The notes below the pieces were generated by a model that was not told the DNA's origin, made no database searches, and was given only the letters and a program-made list of their open reading frames with translations. Position numbers and translations under genes: made by a program. Shown piece after piece: positions 29,201 to 43,600 of a DNA stretch of 64,000 nt. Source of the stretch: Eledone cirrhosa (Eukaryota); NCBI GenBank assembly GCA_964016885.1, contig OZ024740.1, positions 3,410,001 through 3,474,000 on the forward strand, given 5' to 3'. The number at the start of each line of letters is the position of its first letter. The stretch's first letter is position 1.

Positions 29201-32200
29201 TGGTGCTAAATAAACTATCACTGGTGCTAAATAAACTATCAGTAGTACTAAATAAACTATCACTGGTGCTAAATTAACTATCACTGGTGCTAAGTAAACC
29301 ATCTCTAGTGCTAAATAAACTATCACTGGTGCTAAATAAACCATCTCTAGGGCTAAATAAACTATCACTGGTACTAAATAAACTATCACTGGTGCTAAAT
29401 TAACTATCACTGGTGCTAAATAAACCATCTCTAGTGCTAAATAAACTATCACTGGTGCTAAATAAACTATCACTGGTACTAAATAAACTATCACTGGTGC
29501 TAAATAGAACATCGCTAGTGCTAAATAAACTATCACTGGTGCTAAATAAACTATCACTGGAACTAAATAGACCATCACTGGTGATAAAGAAACCATCACT
29601 GGTACTAAATAAACTATCACTGGTGCTAAATAAACCATCACTGGTACTAACTTAACCATCACTGGTACTAAATAAACTATCACTGGTGCTAAATAAACTA
29701 TCACTGGTACTAAATAAACGATCACTGGTACTAAATAAACTATTACTGGTGCTAAATAAACTATTACTGGTACTAAATAAACGATCACTGGTGCTAAATA
29801 AACCATCACTTGTGCTAAATAAACTATTACTGGTGCTAAATAAACTATTACTGGTACTAAATAAAGGATCACTGGTGCTAAATAAACCATCACTGGTGCT
29901 AAATAAACTATTACTGGTGCTAAATAAACTATTACTGGTGCTGAATAAACTATCACTGGTGCTAAATAAACTATCACCGGTATTAAATAAAATATCACTG
30001 GTACTAAATAAACTATCACTGGTGCTAAATAAACTATCACTGGTGCTAAATAAACTATCACTGGTACTAGATAAACTATCACTGGTGCTAAATAAACCAT
30101 CTCTAGTGCTACAGAAACTATCACTGGTGCTAAATAAACTATCACTGGTGCTAAATAAACTATCACTAGTACTAAATAAACTATCACTGGTGCTAAATTA
30201 ACTATCACTGGTGCTAGATAAACCATCTCTAGTGCTAAATAAACTATCACTGGTGCTAAATAAACTATTTCTGGTACTATATATACTATCACTGGTGCTA
30301 AATAAACTATCACTGGTGCTAAATTAACTATCACTGGTGCTAAATCAACCATCTCTAGTGCTAAATAAACTATAACTGGTGCTAAATAAACTATCACTGG
30401 TGCTAAATAAACTATCACTGGTGCTAAATAAACTATACGTAGTACTAAATAAACTATCACTGGTGCTAAATTAACTATCACTGGTGCTAAGTAAACCATC
30501 TCTAGTGCTAAATAAACTATCACTGGTGCTAAATAAACCATCTCTAGGGCTAAATAAACTATCACTGGTACTAAATAAACTATCACTGGTGCTAAATTAA
30601 CTATCACTGGTGCTAAATCAACCATCTCTAGTGCTAAATAAACTATAACTGGTGCTAAATAAACTATCACTGGTACTATATAAACTATCATTGCTGCTAA
30701 ATAAATTATCACTGGTACTAAATAAACTATCACTGGTGCTAGATAAACCATCTCTAGTGCTAATTAAACTATCACTGGTGCTAAATAAACTATCACTAGT
30801 ACTAAATAAACTATCACTGGTGCTAAATTAACTATCACTGGTGCTAAATAAACCATCTCTAGTGCTAAATAAAGTATCACTGGTGCTAAATAAACTATCA
30901 CTGGTACTAAATTGACCATCACTGGTGATAAATAAACCATCACTGGTACTAAATAAACTATCACTGGTGCTAAATAAACTATCACTGGTACTAAATTAAC
31001 CATCACTGGTACTAAATAAACTATCACTGGTGCTAAATAAACTATCACTGGTACTAAATAAACGATCACTGGTACTAAATAAACTATTACTGGTGCTACA
31101 TAAACTATTACTGGTACTAAATAAACGATCACTGGTGCTAAATAAACCATCACTTGTGCTAAATAAACTATTACTGGTGCTAAATAAACTATTACTGGTA
31201 CTAAATAAAGGATCACTGGTGCTAAATAAACCATCACTGGTGCTAAATAAACTATTACTGGTGCTAAATAAACTATTACAGGTGCTGAATAAACTATCAC
31301 TGGTGCTAAATAAACTATCACCGGTATTAAATAAACTATCACTGGTACTAAATAAACTATCACTGGTACTAAATAAACTATCACTTTGTGCTAAATAAAC
31401 TATCACTGGTACTAAATAAACTATTACTGGTGCTAAATGAACTATTACTGGTACTAAATAAACTATTACTGCTACTAAATAAACTATTACTGGTACTAAA
31501 TAAACGATCACTGGTACTAAATAAACTATCACTTTGTGCTAAATAAACTATCACTGGTACTAAATAAACTATCACTTTGTGCTAAATAAACTATCACTGG
31601 TACGAAATAAACTATTACTGGTGCTAAATAAACTATTACTGGTGCTGAATAAACTATCACTGGTGCAAAATAACCCATCTCTAGTGCTAAATAAACTATC
31701 ACTGGTACTAAATAAACTATCACTGGTGCTAAATAAACTATCACCGGTATTAAATAAACTATCACTGGTACTAAATAAACTATCACTGGTACTAAATAAA
31801 CTATCACTTTGTGCTAAATAAACTATCACTGGTTCTAAATAAACTATTACTGGTGCTAAATAAACTATTACTGGTACTAAATAAACTATTACTGGTGCTA
31901 AATAAACTATTACTGGTGCTAAATAAACTATCACTGGTTCTAAATAAACTATTACTGGTGCTAAATAAACTATCACTGGTGCTAAATAAACTATCACTGG
32001 TGCTAAATAAAATATCACTGGTACTAAATAAACTATCACTGGTACTAAATAAACTATCACTGGTACTAAATAAACTATCACTGGTTCTAAATAAACTATC
32101 ACTGGTACTAAATAAACTATCACTTGTGCTAAATAAACTATCACTGGCGCTAAATAAACTATCACTGGTACTAGATAAACTATCACTGGTGCTAAATAAA

Positions 32201-32860
32201 CCATCTCTTGTGCTACAGAAACTATCACTGGTGCTAAATAAACTATCACTGGTGCTAAATAAACTATCACTAGTACTAAATAACTATCACTGGTGCTAAA
32301 TTAACTATCACTGGTGCTAAATAAACCATCTCTAGTGCTAAATAAACTATCACTGGTGCTAAATAAACTATCTCTGGTACTATATATACTATCACTGGTG
32401 CTAAATAAATTATCACTGGTGCTAAATAAACCATCTCTAGTACTAAATAAACTATCACTGGTGCTAAATTAACCATCTCTAGTGCTACATAAACTATCAC
32501 TGGTACTAAATAAACTACCGCTGGTGCAACATAAACTATCACTGGTGCTAAATAAACTATCACTGGTGCTAAATAAACTACCACAGGTGCTAAATAAACT
32601 ATCACTGGTGCTAAATAAACTATCAGTAGTACTAAATAAACTATCACTGGTGCTAAATTAACTATCACTGGTGCTAAATAAACTACCACTGGTGCTAAAT
32701 AAACTATCACTGGTGCTAAATAAACTATCAGTAGTACTAAATAAACTATCACTGGTGCTAAATTAACTATCACTGGTGCTAAGTAAACCATCTCTAGTGC
32801 TAAATAAACTATCACTGGTGCTAAATAAACCATCTCTAGGGCTAAATAAACTATCACTGG
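26218..32860. repeat. Tandem duplication of ~3.5 kb within the satellite
   Basis: Offsets are 3,489 bp (27275/30764, 27541/31030, 28090/31579, 28322/31811) and 3,468 bp (26218/29686). The copies share private variants such as TATACGTAG and GTACGAAAT. Confidence 0.88.
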
Positions 32861-34669
32861 TACTAAATAAACTATCACTGGTGCTAAATTAACTATCACT
32901 GGTGCTAAATAAACCATCTCTAGTGCTAAATAAACTATCACTGGTGCTAAATAAACTATCTCTGGTACTATATATACTATCACTGGTGCTAAATAAATTA
33001 TCACTGGTGCTAAATAAACCATCTCTAGTACTAAATAAACTATCACTGGTGCTAAATTAACCATCTCTAGTGCTACATAAACTATCACTGGTACTAAATA
33101 AACTACCGCTGGTGCAACATAAACTATCACTGGTGCTAAATAAACTATCACTGGTGCTAAATAAACTACCACAGGTGCTAAATAAACTATCACTGGTGCT
33201 AAATAAACTATCAGTAGTACTAAATAAACTATCACTGGTGCTAAATTAACTATCACTGGTGCTAAATAAACTACCACTGGTGCTAAATAAACTATCACTG
33301 GTGCTAAATAAACTATCAGTAGTACTAAATAAACTATCACTGGTGCTAAATTAACTATCACTGGTGCTAAGTAAACCATCTCTAGTGCTAAATAAACTAT
33401 CACTGGTGCTAAATAAACCATCTCTAGGGCTAAATAAACTATCACTGGTACTAAATAAACTATCACTGGTGCTAAATTAACTATCACTGGTGCTAAATAA
33501 ACCATCTCTAGTGCTAAATAAACTATAACTGGTGCTAAATAAACTATCACTGGTACTATATAAACTATCATTGCTGCTAAATAAATTATCACTGGTACTA
33601 AATAAACTATCACTGGTGCTAGATAAACCATCTCTAGTGCTAATTAAACTATCACTGGTGCTAAATAAACTATCACTGGTACTAAATAAACTATCACTGG
33701 TGCTAAATAGAACATCGCTAGTGCTAAATAAACTATCACTGGTGCTAAATAAACTATCACTGGTACTAAATAGACCATCACTGGTGATAAATAAACCATC
33801 ACTGGTACTAAATAAACTATCACTGGTGCTAAATAAACTATCACTGGTATTAAATTAACCATCACTGGTACTAAATAAACTATCACTGGTGCTAAATAAA
33901 CTATCACTGGTACTAAATAAACGATCACTGGTACTAAATAAACTATTACTGGTGCTAAATAAACTATTACTGGTACTAAATAAACGATCACTGGTGCTAA
34001 ATAAACCATCACTTGTGCTAAATAAACTATTACTGGTTCTAAATAAACTATTACTAGTACTAAATAAAGGATCACTGGGGCTAAATAAACCATCACTGGT
34101 GCTAAATAAACTATTACTGGTGCTAAATAAACTATTACTGGTGCTGAATAAACTATCACTGGTGCTAAATAAACTATCACCGGTATTAAATAAACTATCA
34201 CTGGTACTAAATAAACTATCACTGGTACTAAATAAACTATCACTTTGTGCTAAATAAACTATCACTGGTACTAAATAAACTATTACTGGTGCTAAATAAA
34301 CTATTACTGGTACTAAATAAACTATTACTGGTACTAAATAAACTATTACTGGTACTAAATAAACGATCACTGGTACTAAATAAACTATCACTTTGTGCTA
34401 AATAAACTATCACTGGTACTAAATAAACTATCACTTTGTGCTAAATAAACTATCACTGGTACTAAATAAACTATTACTGGTGCTAAATAAACTATTACTG
34501 GTGCTGAATAAACTATCACTGGTGCAAAATAAACCATCTCTAGTGCTAAATAAACTATCACTGGTACTAAATAAACTATCACTGGTGCTAAATAAACTAT
34601 CACCGGTATTAAATAAACTATCACTGGTACTAAATAAACTATCACTGGTACTAAATAAACTATCACTTT

Positions 34670-37600
34670 GTGCTAAATAAACTATCACTGGTTCTAAATA
34701 AACTATTACTGGTGCTAAATAAACTATCACTGGTGCTAAATAAACTATTACTGGTGCTAAATAAACTATTACTGGTACTAAATAAACTATTAATGGTGCT
34801 AAATAAACTATTACTGGTGCTAAATAAACTATTACTGGTACTAAATAAAGGATCACTGGTGCTAAATAAACCATCACTGGTGCTAAATAAACTATTACTG
34901 GTGCTAAATAAACTATTACTGGTGCTGAATAAACTATCACTGGTGCTAAATAAACTATCACCGGTATTAAATAAACTATCACTGGTACTAAATAAACTAT
35001 CACTGGTGCTAAATAAACTATCACTGGTGCTAAATATACTATCACTGGTACTAGATAAACTATCACTGGTGCTAAATAAACCATCTCTAGTGCTACAGAA
35101 ACTATCACTGGTGCTAAATAAACTATCACTGGTGCTAAATAAACTATCACTAGTACTAAATAAACTATCACTGGTGCTAAATTAACTATCACTGGTGCTA
35201 AATAAACCATCTCTAGTGCTAAATAAACTATCACTGGTGCTAAATAAACTATCTCTGGCACTATATATACTATCACTGGTGCTAAATAAATTATCACTGG
35301 TGCTAAATAAACCATCTCTAGTACTAAATAAACTATCACTGGTGCTAAATTAACCATCTCTAGTGCTACATAAACTATCACTGGTACTAAATAAACTACC
35401 GCTGGTGCAACATAAACTATCACTAGTGCTAAATAAACTATCACTGGTGCTAAATAAACTACCACAGGTGCTAAATAAACTATCACTGGTGCTAAATAAA
35501 CTATCAGTAGTACTAAATAAACTATCACTGGTGCTTAATTAACTATCACTGGTGCTAAATAAACTATCACTGGTGCTAAATAAACTATCACTGGTACTAA
35601 ATAAACTATCAGTAGTACTAAATAAACTATCACTGGTGCTAAATTAACTATCACTGGTGCTAAGTAAACCATCTCTAGTGCTAAATAAACTATCACTGGT
35701 GCTAAATAAACCATCTCTAGGGCTAAATAAACTATCACTGGTACTAAATAAACTATCACTGGTGCTAAATTAACTATCACTGGTGCTAAATAAACCATCT
35801 CTAGTGCTAAATAAACTATAACTGGTGCTAAATAAACTATCACTGGTACTATATAATCTATCATTGCTGCTAAATACATTATCACTGGTACTAAATAAAC
35901 TATCACTGGTGCTAGATAAACCATCTCTAATGCTAATTAAACTATCACTGGTGCTAAATAAACTATCACTGGTACTAAATAAACTATCACTGGTGCTAAA
36001 TAGAACATCGCTAGTGCTAAATAAACTATCACTGGTGCTAAATAAACTATCACTAGTACTAAATAGACCATCACTGATGATAAATAAACCATCACTGGTA
36101 CTAAATAAACTATCACTGTTGCTAAATAAACTATCACTGTTACTAAAGTAACCATCACTGGTACTAAATAAACTATCACTGGTGCTAAATAAACTATCAC
36201 TGGTACTAAATAAACGATCACTGGTACTGAATAAACTATTACTGGTGCTAAATAAACTATTACTGGTACTAAATAAACGATCACTGGTGCTAAATAAACC
36301 ATCACTTGTGCTAAATAAACTATTACTGGTGCTAAATAAACTATTACTGGTACTAAATAAAGGATCACTGGTGCTAAATAAACCATCACTGGTGCTAAAT
36401 AAACTATTACTGGTGCTAAATAAACTATTACTGGTGCTGAATAAACTATCACTGGTGCTAAATAAACTATCACCGGTATTAAATAAACTATCACTGGTAC
36501 TAAATAAACTATCACTGGTACTAAATAAACTATCACTTAGTGCTAAATAAACTATCACTGGTACTAAATAAACTATTACTGGTGCTAAATAAACTATTAC
36601 TGGTACTAAATAAACTATTACTGGTACTAAATAAACTATTACTGGTACTAAATAAACGATCACTGGTACTAAATAAACTATCACTTTGTGCTAAATAAAC
36701 TATCACTGGTACTAAATAAACTATCACTTTGTGCTAAATAAACTATCACTGGTACTAAATAAACTATCACTTTGTGCTAAATAAACTATCACTGGTACTA
36801 AATAAACTATTACTGGTGCTAAATAAACTATAACTGGTGCTGAATAAACTATCACTGGTGCAAAATAAACCATCTCTAGTGCTAAATAAACTATTACTGG
36901 TGCTAAATAAACTATTACTGGTACTAAATAAACTATTACTGGTGCTAAATAAACTATTACTGGTGCTAAATAAACTATCACTGGTTCTAAATAAACTATT
37001 ACTGGTGCTAAATAAACTATCACTGGTGCTAAATAAACTATCACTGGTGCTAAATAAAATATCACTGGTACTAAATAAACTATCACTGGTACTAAATAAA
37101 CTATCACTGGTACTAAATAAACTATCACTGGTACTAAATAAACTATCACTGGTACTAAATAAACTATCACTGGTGCTAAATAAACTATCACTGGTGCTAA
37201 ATAAACTATCACTGGTGCTAAATAAACTATTACTGGTGCTAAATAAACTATTACTGGTACTAAATAAACTATTAATGGTGCTAAATAAACTATTACTGGT
37301 GCTAAATAAACTATTACTGGTACTAAATAAAGGATCACTGGTGCTAAATAAACCATCACTGGTGCTAAATAAACTATTACTGGTGCTAAATAAACTATTA
37401 CTGGTGCTGAATAAACTATCACTGGTGCTAAATAAACTATCACCGGTATTAAATAAACTATCACTGGTACTAAATAAACTATCACTGGTGCTAAATAAAC
37501 TATCACTGGTGCTAAATATACTATCACTGGTACTAGATAAACTATCACTGGTGCTAAATAAACCATCTCTAGTGCTACAGAAACTATCACTGGTGCTAAA

Positions 37601-40600
37601 TAAACTATCACTGGTGCTAAATAAACTATCACTAGTACTAAATAAACTATCACTGGTGCTAAATTAACTATCACTGGTGCTAAATAAACCATCTCTAGTG
37701 CTAAATAAACTATCACTGGTGCTAAATAAACTATCTCTGGTACTATATATACTATCACTGGTGCTAAATAAATTATCACTGGTGCTAAATAAACCATCTC
37801 TAGTACTAAATAAACTATCACTGGTGCTAAATTAACCATCTCTAATGCTACATAAACTATCACTGGTACTAAATATACTACCGCTGGTGCAACATAAACT
37901 ATCACTAGTGCTAAATAAACTATCACTGGTGCTAAATAAACTACCACAGGTGCTAAATAAACTATCACTGGTGCTAAATAAACTATCAGTAGTACTAAAT
38001 AAACTATCACTGGTGCTAAATTAACTATCACTGGTGCTAAATAAACTATCACTGGTGCTAAATAAACTATCACTGGTACTAAATAAACTATCAGTAGTAC
38101 TAAATAAACTATCACTGGTGCTAAATTAACTATCACTGGTGCTAAGTAAACCATCTCTAGTGCTAAATAAACTATCACTGGTGCTAAATAAACCATCTCT
38201 AGGGCTAAATAAACTATCACTGGTACTAAATAAACTATCACTGGTGCTAAATTAACTATCACTGGTGCTAAATAAACCATCTCTAGTGCTAAATAAACTA
38301 TAACTGGTGCTAAATAAACTATCACTGGTACTATATAATCTATCATTGCTGCTAAATACATTATCACTGGTACTAAATAAACTATCACTGGTGCTAGATA
38401 AACCATCTCTAATGCTAATTAAACTATCACTGGTGCTAAATAAACTATCACTGGTACTAAATAAACTATCACTGGTGCTAAATAGAACATCGCTAGTGCT
38501 AAATAAACTATCACTGGTGCTAAATAAACTATCACTAGTACTAAATAGACCATCACTGATGATAAATAAACCATCACTGGTACTAAATAAACTATCACTG
38601 TTGCTAAATAAACTATCACTGGTACTAAAGTAACCATCACTGGTACTAAATAAACTATCACTGGTGCTAAATAAACTATCACTGGTACTAAATAAACGAT
38701 CACTGGTACTAAATAAACTATTACTGGTGCTAAATAAACTATTACTGGTACTAAATAAACGATCACTGGTGCTAAATAAACCATCACTGGTGCTAAATAA
38801 ACTATTACTGGTGCTAAATAAACTATTACTGGTGCTGAATAAACTATCACTGGTGCTAAATAAACTATCACCGGTATTAAATAAACTATCACTGGTACTA
38901 AATAAACTATCACTGGTACTAAATAAACTATCACTTTGTGCTAAATAAACTATCACTGGTACTAAATAAACTATTACTGGTGCTAAATAAACTATTACTG
39001 GTACTAAATAAACTATTACTGGTACTAAATAAACTATTACTGGTACTAAATAAACGATCACTGGTACTAAATAAACTATCACTTTGTGCTAAATAAACTA
39101 TCACTGGTACTAAATAAACTATCACTTTGTGCTAAATAAACTATCACTGGTACTAAATAAACTATTACTGGTGCTAAATAAACTATTACTGGTGCTGAAT
39201 AAACTATCACTGGTGCAAAATAAACCATCTCTAGTGCTAAATAAACTATCACTGGTACTAAATAAACTATCACTGGTGCTAAATAAACTATCACCGGTAT
39301 TTAATAAACTATCACTGGTACTAAATAAACTATCACTGGTACTAAATAAACTATCACTTTGTGCTAAAAATAAACTATCACTGGTTCTAAATAAACTATT
39401 ACTGGTGCTAAATAAAGTATCACTGGTGCTAAATAAACTATTACTGGTACTAAATAAACTATTACTGGTACTAAATAAACTATTACTGGTGCTAAATAAA
39501 CTATTACTGGTGCTAAATAAACTATCACTGGTTCTAAATAAACTATTACTGGTGCTAAATAAACTATCACTGGTGCTAAATAAACTATCACTGGTGCTAA
39601 ATAAAATATCACTGGTACTAAATAAACTATCACTGGTACTAAATAAACTATCACTGGTACTAAATAAACTATCACTGGTACTAAATAAACTATCACTGGT
39701 ACTAAATAAACTATCACTGGTGCTAAATAAACTATCACTGGTGCTAAATAAACTATCACTGGTGCTAAATAAACTATTACTGGTGCTAAATAAACTATTA
39801 CTCGTACTAAATAAACTATTAATGGTGCTAAATAAACTATTACTGGTGCTAAATAAACTATTACTGGTACTAAATAAAGGATCACTGGTGCTAAATAAAC
39901 CATCACTGGTGCTAAATAAACTATTACTGGTGCTAAATAAACTATTACTGGTGCTGAATAAACTATCACTGGTGCTAAATAAACTATCACCGGTATTAAA
40001 TAAACTATCACTGGTACTAAATAAACTATCACTGGTGCTAAATAAACTATCACTGGTGCTAAATATACTATCACTGGTACTAGATAAACTATCACTGGTG
40101 CTAAATAAACCATCTCTAGTGCTACAGAAACTATCACTGGTGCTAAATAAACTATCACTGGTGCTAAATAAACTATCACTAGTACTAAATAAACTATCAC
40201 TGGTGCTAAATTAACTATCACTGGTGCTAAATAAACCATCTCTAGTGCTAAATAAACTATCACTGGTGCTAAATAAACTATCTCTGGTACTATATATACT
40301 ATCACTGGTGCTAAATAAATTATCACTGGTGCTAAATAAACCATCTCTAGTACTAAATAAACTATCACTGGTGCTAAATTAACCATCTCTAGTGCTACAT
40401 AAACTATCACTGGTACTAAATAAACTACCGCTGGTGCAACATAAACTATCACTTGTGCTAAATAAACTATCACTGGTGCTAAATAAACTACCACAGGTGC
40501 TAAATAAACTATCACTGGTGCTAAATAAACTATCAGTAGTACTAAATAAACTATCACTGGTGCTAAATTAACTATCACTGGTGCTAAATAAACTATCACT

Positions 40601-43600
40601 GGTGCTAAATAAACTATCACTGGTACTAAATAAACTATCAGTAGTACTAAATAAACTATCACTGGTGCTAAATTAACTATCACTGGTGCTAAGTAAACCA
40701 TCTCTAGTGCTAAATAAACTATCACTGGTGCTAAATAAACTATCACCGGTATTTAATAAACTATCACTGGTACTAAATAAACTATCACTGGTACTAAATA
40801 AACTATCACTTTGTGCTAAAAATAAACTATCACTGGTTCTAAATAAACTATTACTGGTGCTAAATAAACTATCACTGGTGCTAAATAAACTATTACTGGT
40901 ACTAAATAAACTATTACTGGTACTAAATAAACTATTACTGGTGCTAAATAAACTATTACTGGTGCTAAATAAACTATCACTGGTTCTAAATAAACTATTA
41001 CTGGTGCTAAATAAACTATCACTGGTGCTAAATAAACTATCACTGGTGCTAAATAAAATATCACTGGTACTAAATAAACTATCACTGGTACTAAATAAAC
41101 TATCACTGGTACTAAATAAACTATCACTGGTACTAAATAAACTATCACTGGTACTAAATAAACTATCACTGGTGCTAAATAAACTATCACTGGTGCTAAA
41201 TAAACTATCACTGGTGCTAAATAAACTATTACTGGTGCTAAATAAACTATTACTCGTACTAAATAAACTATTAATGGTGCTAAATAAACTATTACTGGTG
41301 CTAAATAAACTATTACTGGTACTAAATAAAGGATCACTGGTGCTAAATAAACCATCACTGGTGCTAAATAAACTATTACTGGTGCTAAATAAACTATTAC
41401 TGGTGCTGAATAAACTATCACTGGTGCTAAATAAACTATCACCGGTATTAAATAAACTATCACTGGTACTAAATAAACTATCACTGGTGCTAAATAAACT
41501 ATCACTGGTGCTAAATATACTATCACTGGTACTAGATAAACTATCACTGGTGCTAAATAAACCATCTCTAGTGCTACAGAAACTATCACTGGTGCTAAAT
41601 AAACTATCACTGGTGCTAAATAAACTATCACTAGTACTAAATAAACTATCACTGGTGCTAAATTAACTATCACTGGTGCTAAATAAACCATCTCTAGTGC
41701 TAAATAAACTATCACTGGTGCTAAATAAACTATCTCTGGTACTATATATACTATCACTGGTGCTAAATAAATTATCACTGGTGCTAAATAAACCATCTCT
41801 AGTACTAAATAAACTATCACTGGTGCTAAATTAACCATCTCTAGTGCTACATAAACTATCACTGGTACTAAATAAACTACCGCTGGTGCAACATAAACTA
41901 TCACTAGTGCTAAATAAACTATCACTGGTGCTAAATAAACTACCACAGGTGCTAAATAAACTATCACTGGTGCTAAATAAACTATCAGTAGTACTAAATA
42001 AACTATCACTGGTGCTAAATTAACTATCACTGGTGCTAAATAAACTATCACTGGTGCTAAATAAACTATCACTGGTACTAAATAAACTATCAGTAGTACT
42101 AAATAAACTATCACTGGTGCTAAATTAACTATCACTGGTGCTAAGTAAACCATCTCTAGTGCTAAATAAACTATCACTGGTGCTAAATAAACCATCTCTA
42201 GGGCTAAATAAACTATCACTGGTACTAAATAAACTATCACTGGTGCTAAATTAACTATCACTGGTGCTAAATAAACCATCTCTAGTGCTAAATAAACTAT
42301 AACTGGTGCTAAATAAACTATCACTGGTACTATATAATCTATCATTGCTGCTAAATACATTATCACTGGTACTAAATAAACTATCACTGGTGCTAGATAA
42401 ACCATCTCTAATGCTAATTAAACTATCACTGGTGCTAAATAAACTATCACTGGTACTAAATAAACTATCACTGGTGCTAAATAGAACATCGCTAGTGCTA
42501 AATAAACTATCACTGGTGCTAAATAAACTATCACTAGTACTAAATAGACCATCACTGGTGATAAATAAACCATCACTGGTACTAAATAAACTATCACTGT
42601 TGCTAAATAAACTATCACTGGTACTAAAGTAACCATCACTGGTACTAAATAAACTATCACTGGTGCTAAATAAACTATCACTGGTACTAAATAAACGATC
42701 ACTGGTACTAAATAAACTATTACTGGTGCTAAATAAACTATTACTGGTACTAAATAAACGATCACTGGTGCTAAATAAACCATCACTGGTGCTAAATAAA
42801 CTATTACTGGTGCTAAATAAACTATTACTGGTGCTGAATAAACTATCACTGGTGCTAAATAAACTATCACCGGTATTAAATAAACTATCACTGGTACTAA
42901 ATAAACTATCACTGGTGCTAAATAAACTATCACCGGTATTAAATAAACTATCACTGGTACTAAATAAACTATCACTGGTGCTAAATAAACTATCACTGGT
43001 GCTAAATATACTATCACTGGTACTAGATAAACTATCACTGGTGCTAAATAAACCATCTCTAGTGCTACAGAAACTATCACTGGTGCTAAATAAACTATCA
43101 CTGGTGCTAAATAAACTATCACTAGTACTAAATAAACTATCACTGGTGCTAAATTAACTATCACTGGTGCTAAATAAACCATCTCTAGTGCTAAATAAAC
43201 TATCACTGGTGCTAAATAAACTATCTCTGGTACTATATATACTATCACTGGTGCTAAATAAATTATCACTGGTGCTAAATAAACCATCTCTAGTACTAAA
43301 TAAACTATCACTGGTGCTAAATTAACCATCTCTAGTGCTACATAAACTATCACTGGTACTAAATATACTACCGCTGGTGCAACATAAACTATCACTAGTG
43401 CTAAATAAACTATCACTGGTGCTAAATAAACTACCACAGGTGCTAAATAAACTATCACTGGTGCTAAATAAACTATCAGTAGTACTAAATAAACTATCAC
43501 TGGTGCTAAATTAACTATCACTGGTGCTACATAAACTATCACTGGTGCTAAATAAACTATCACTGGTACTAAATAAACTATCAGTAGTACTAAATAAACT

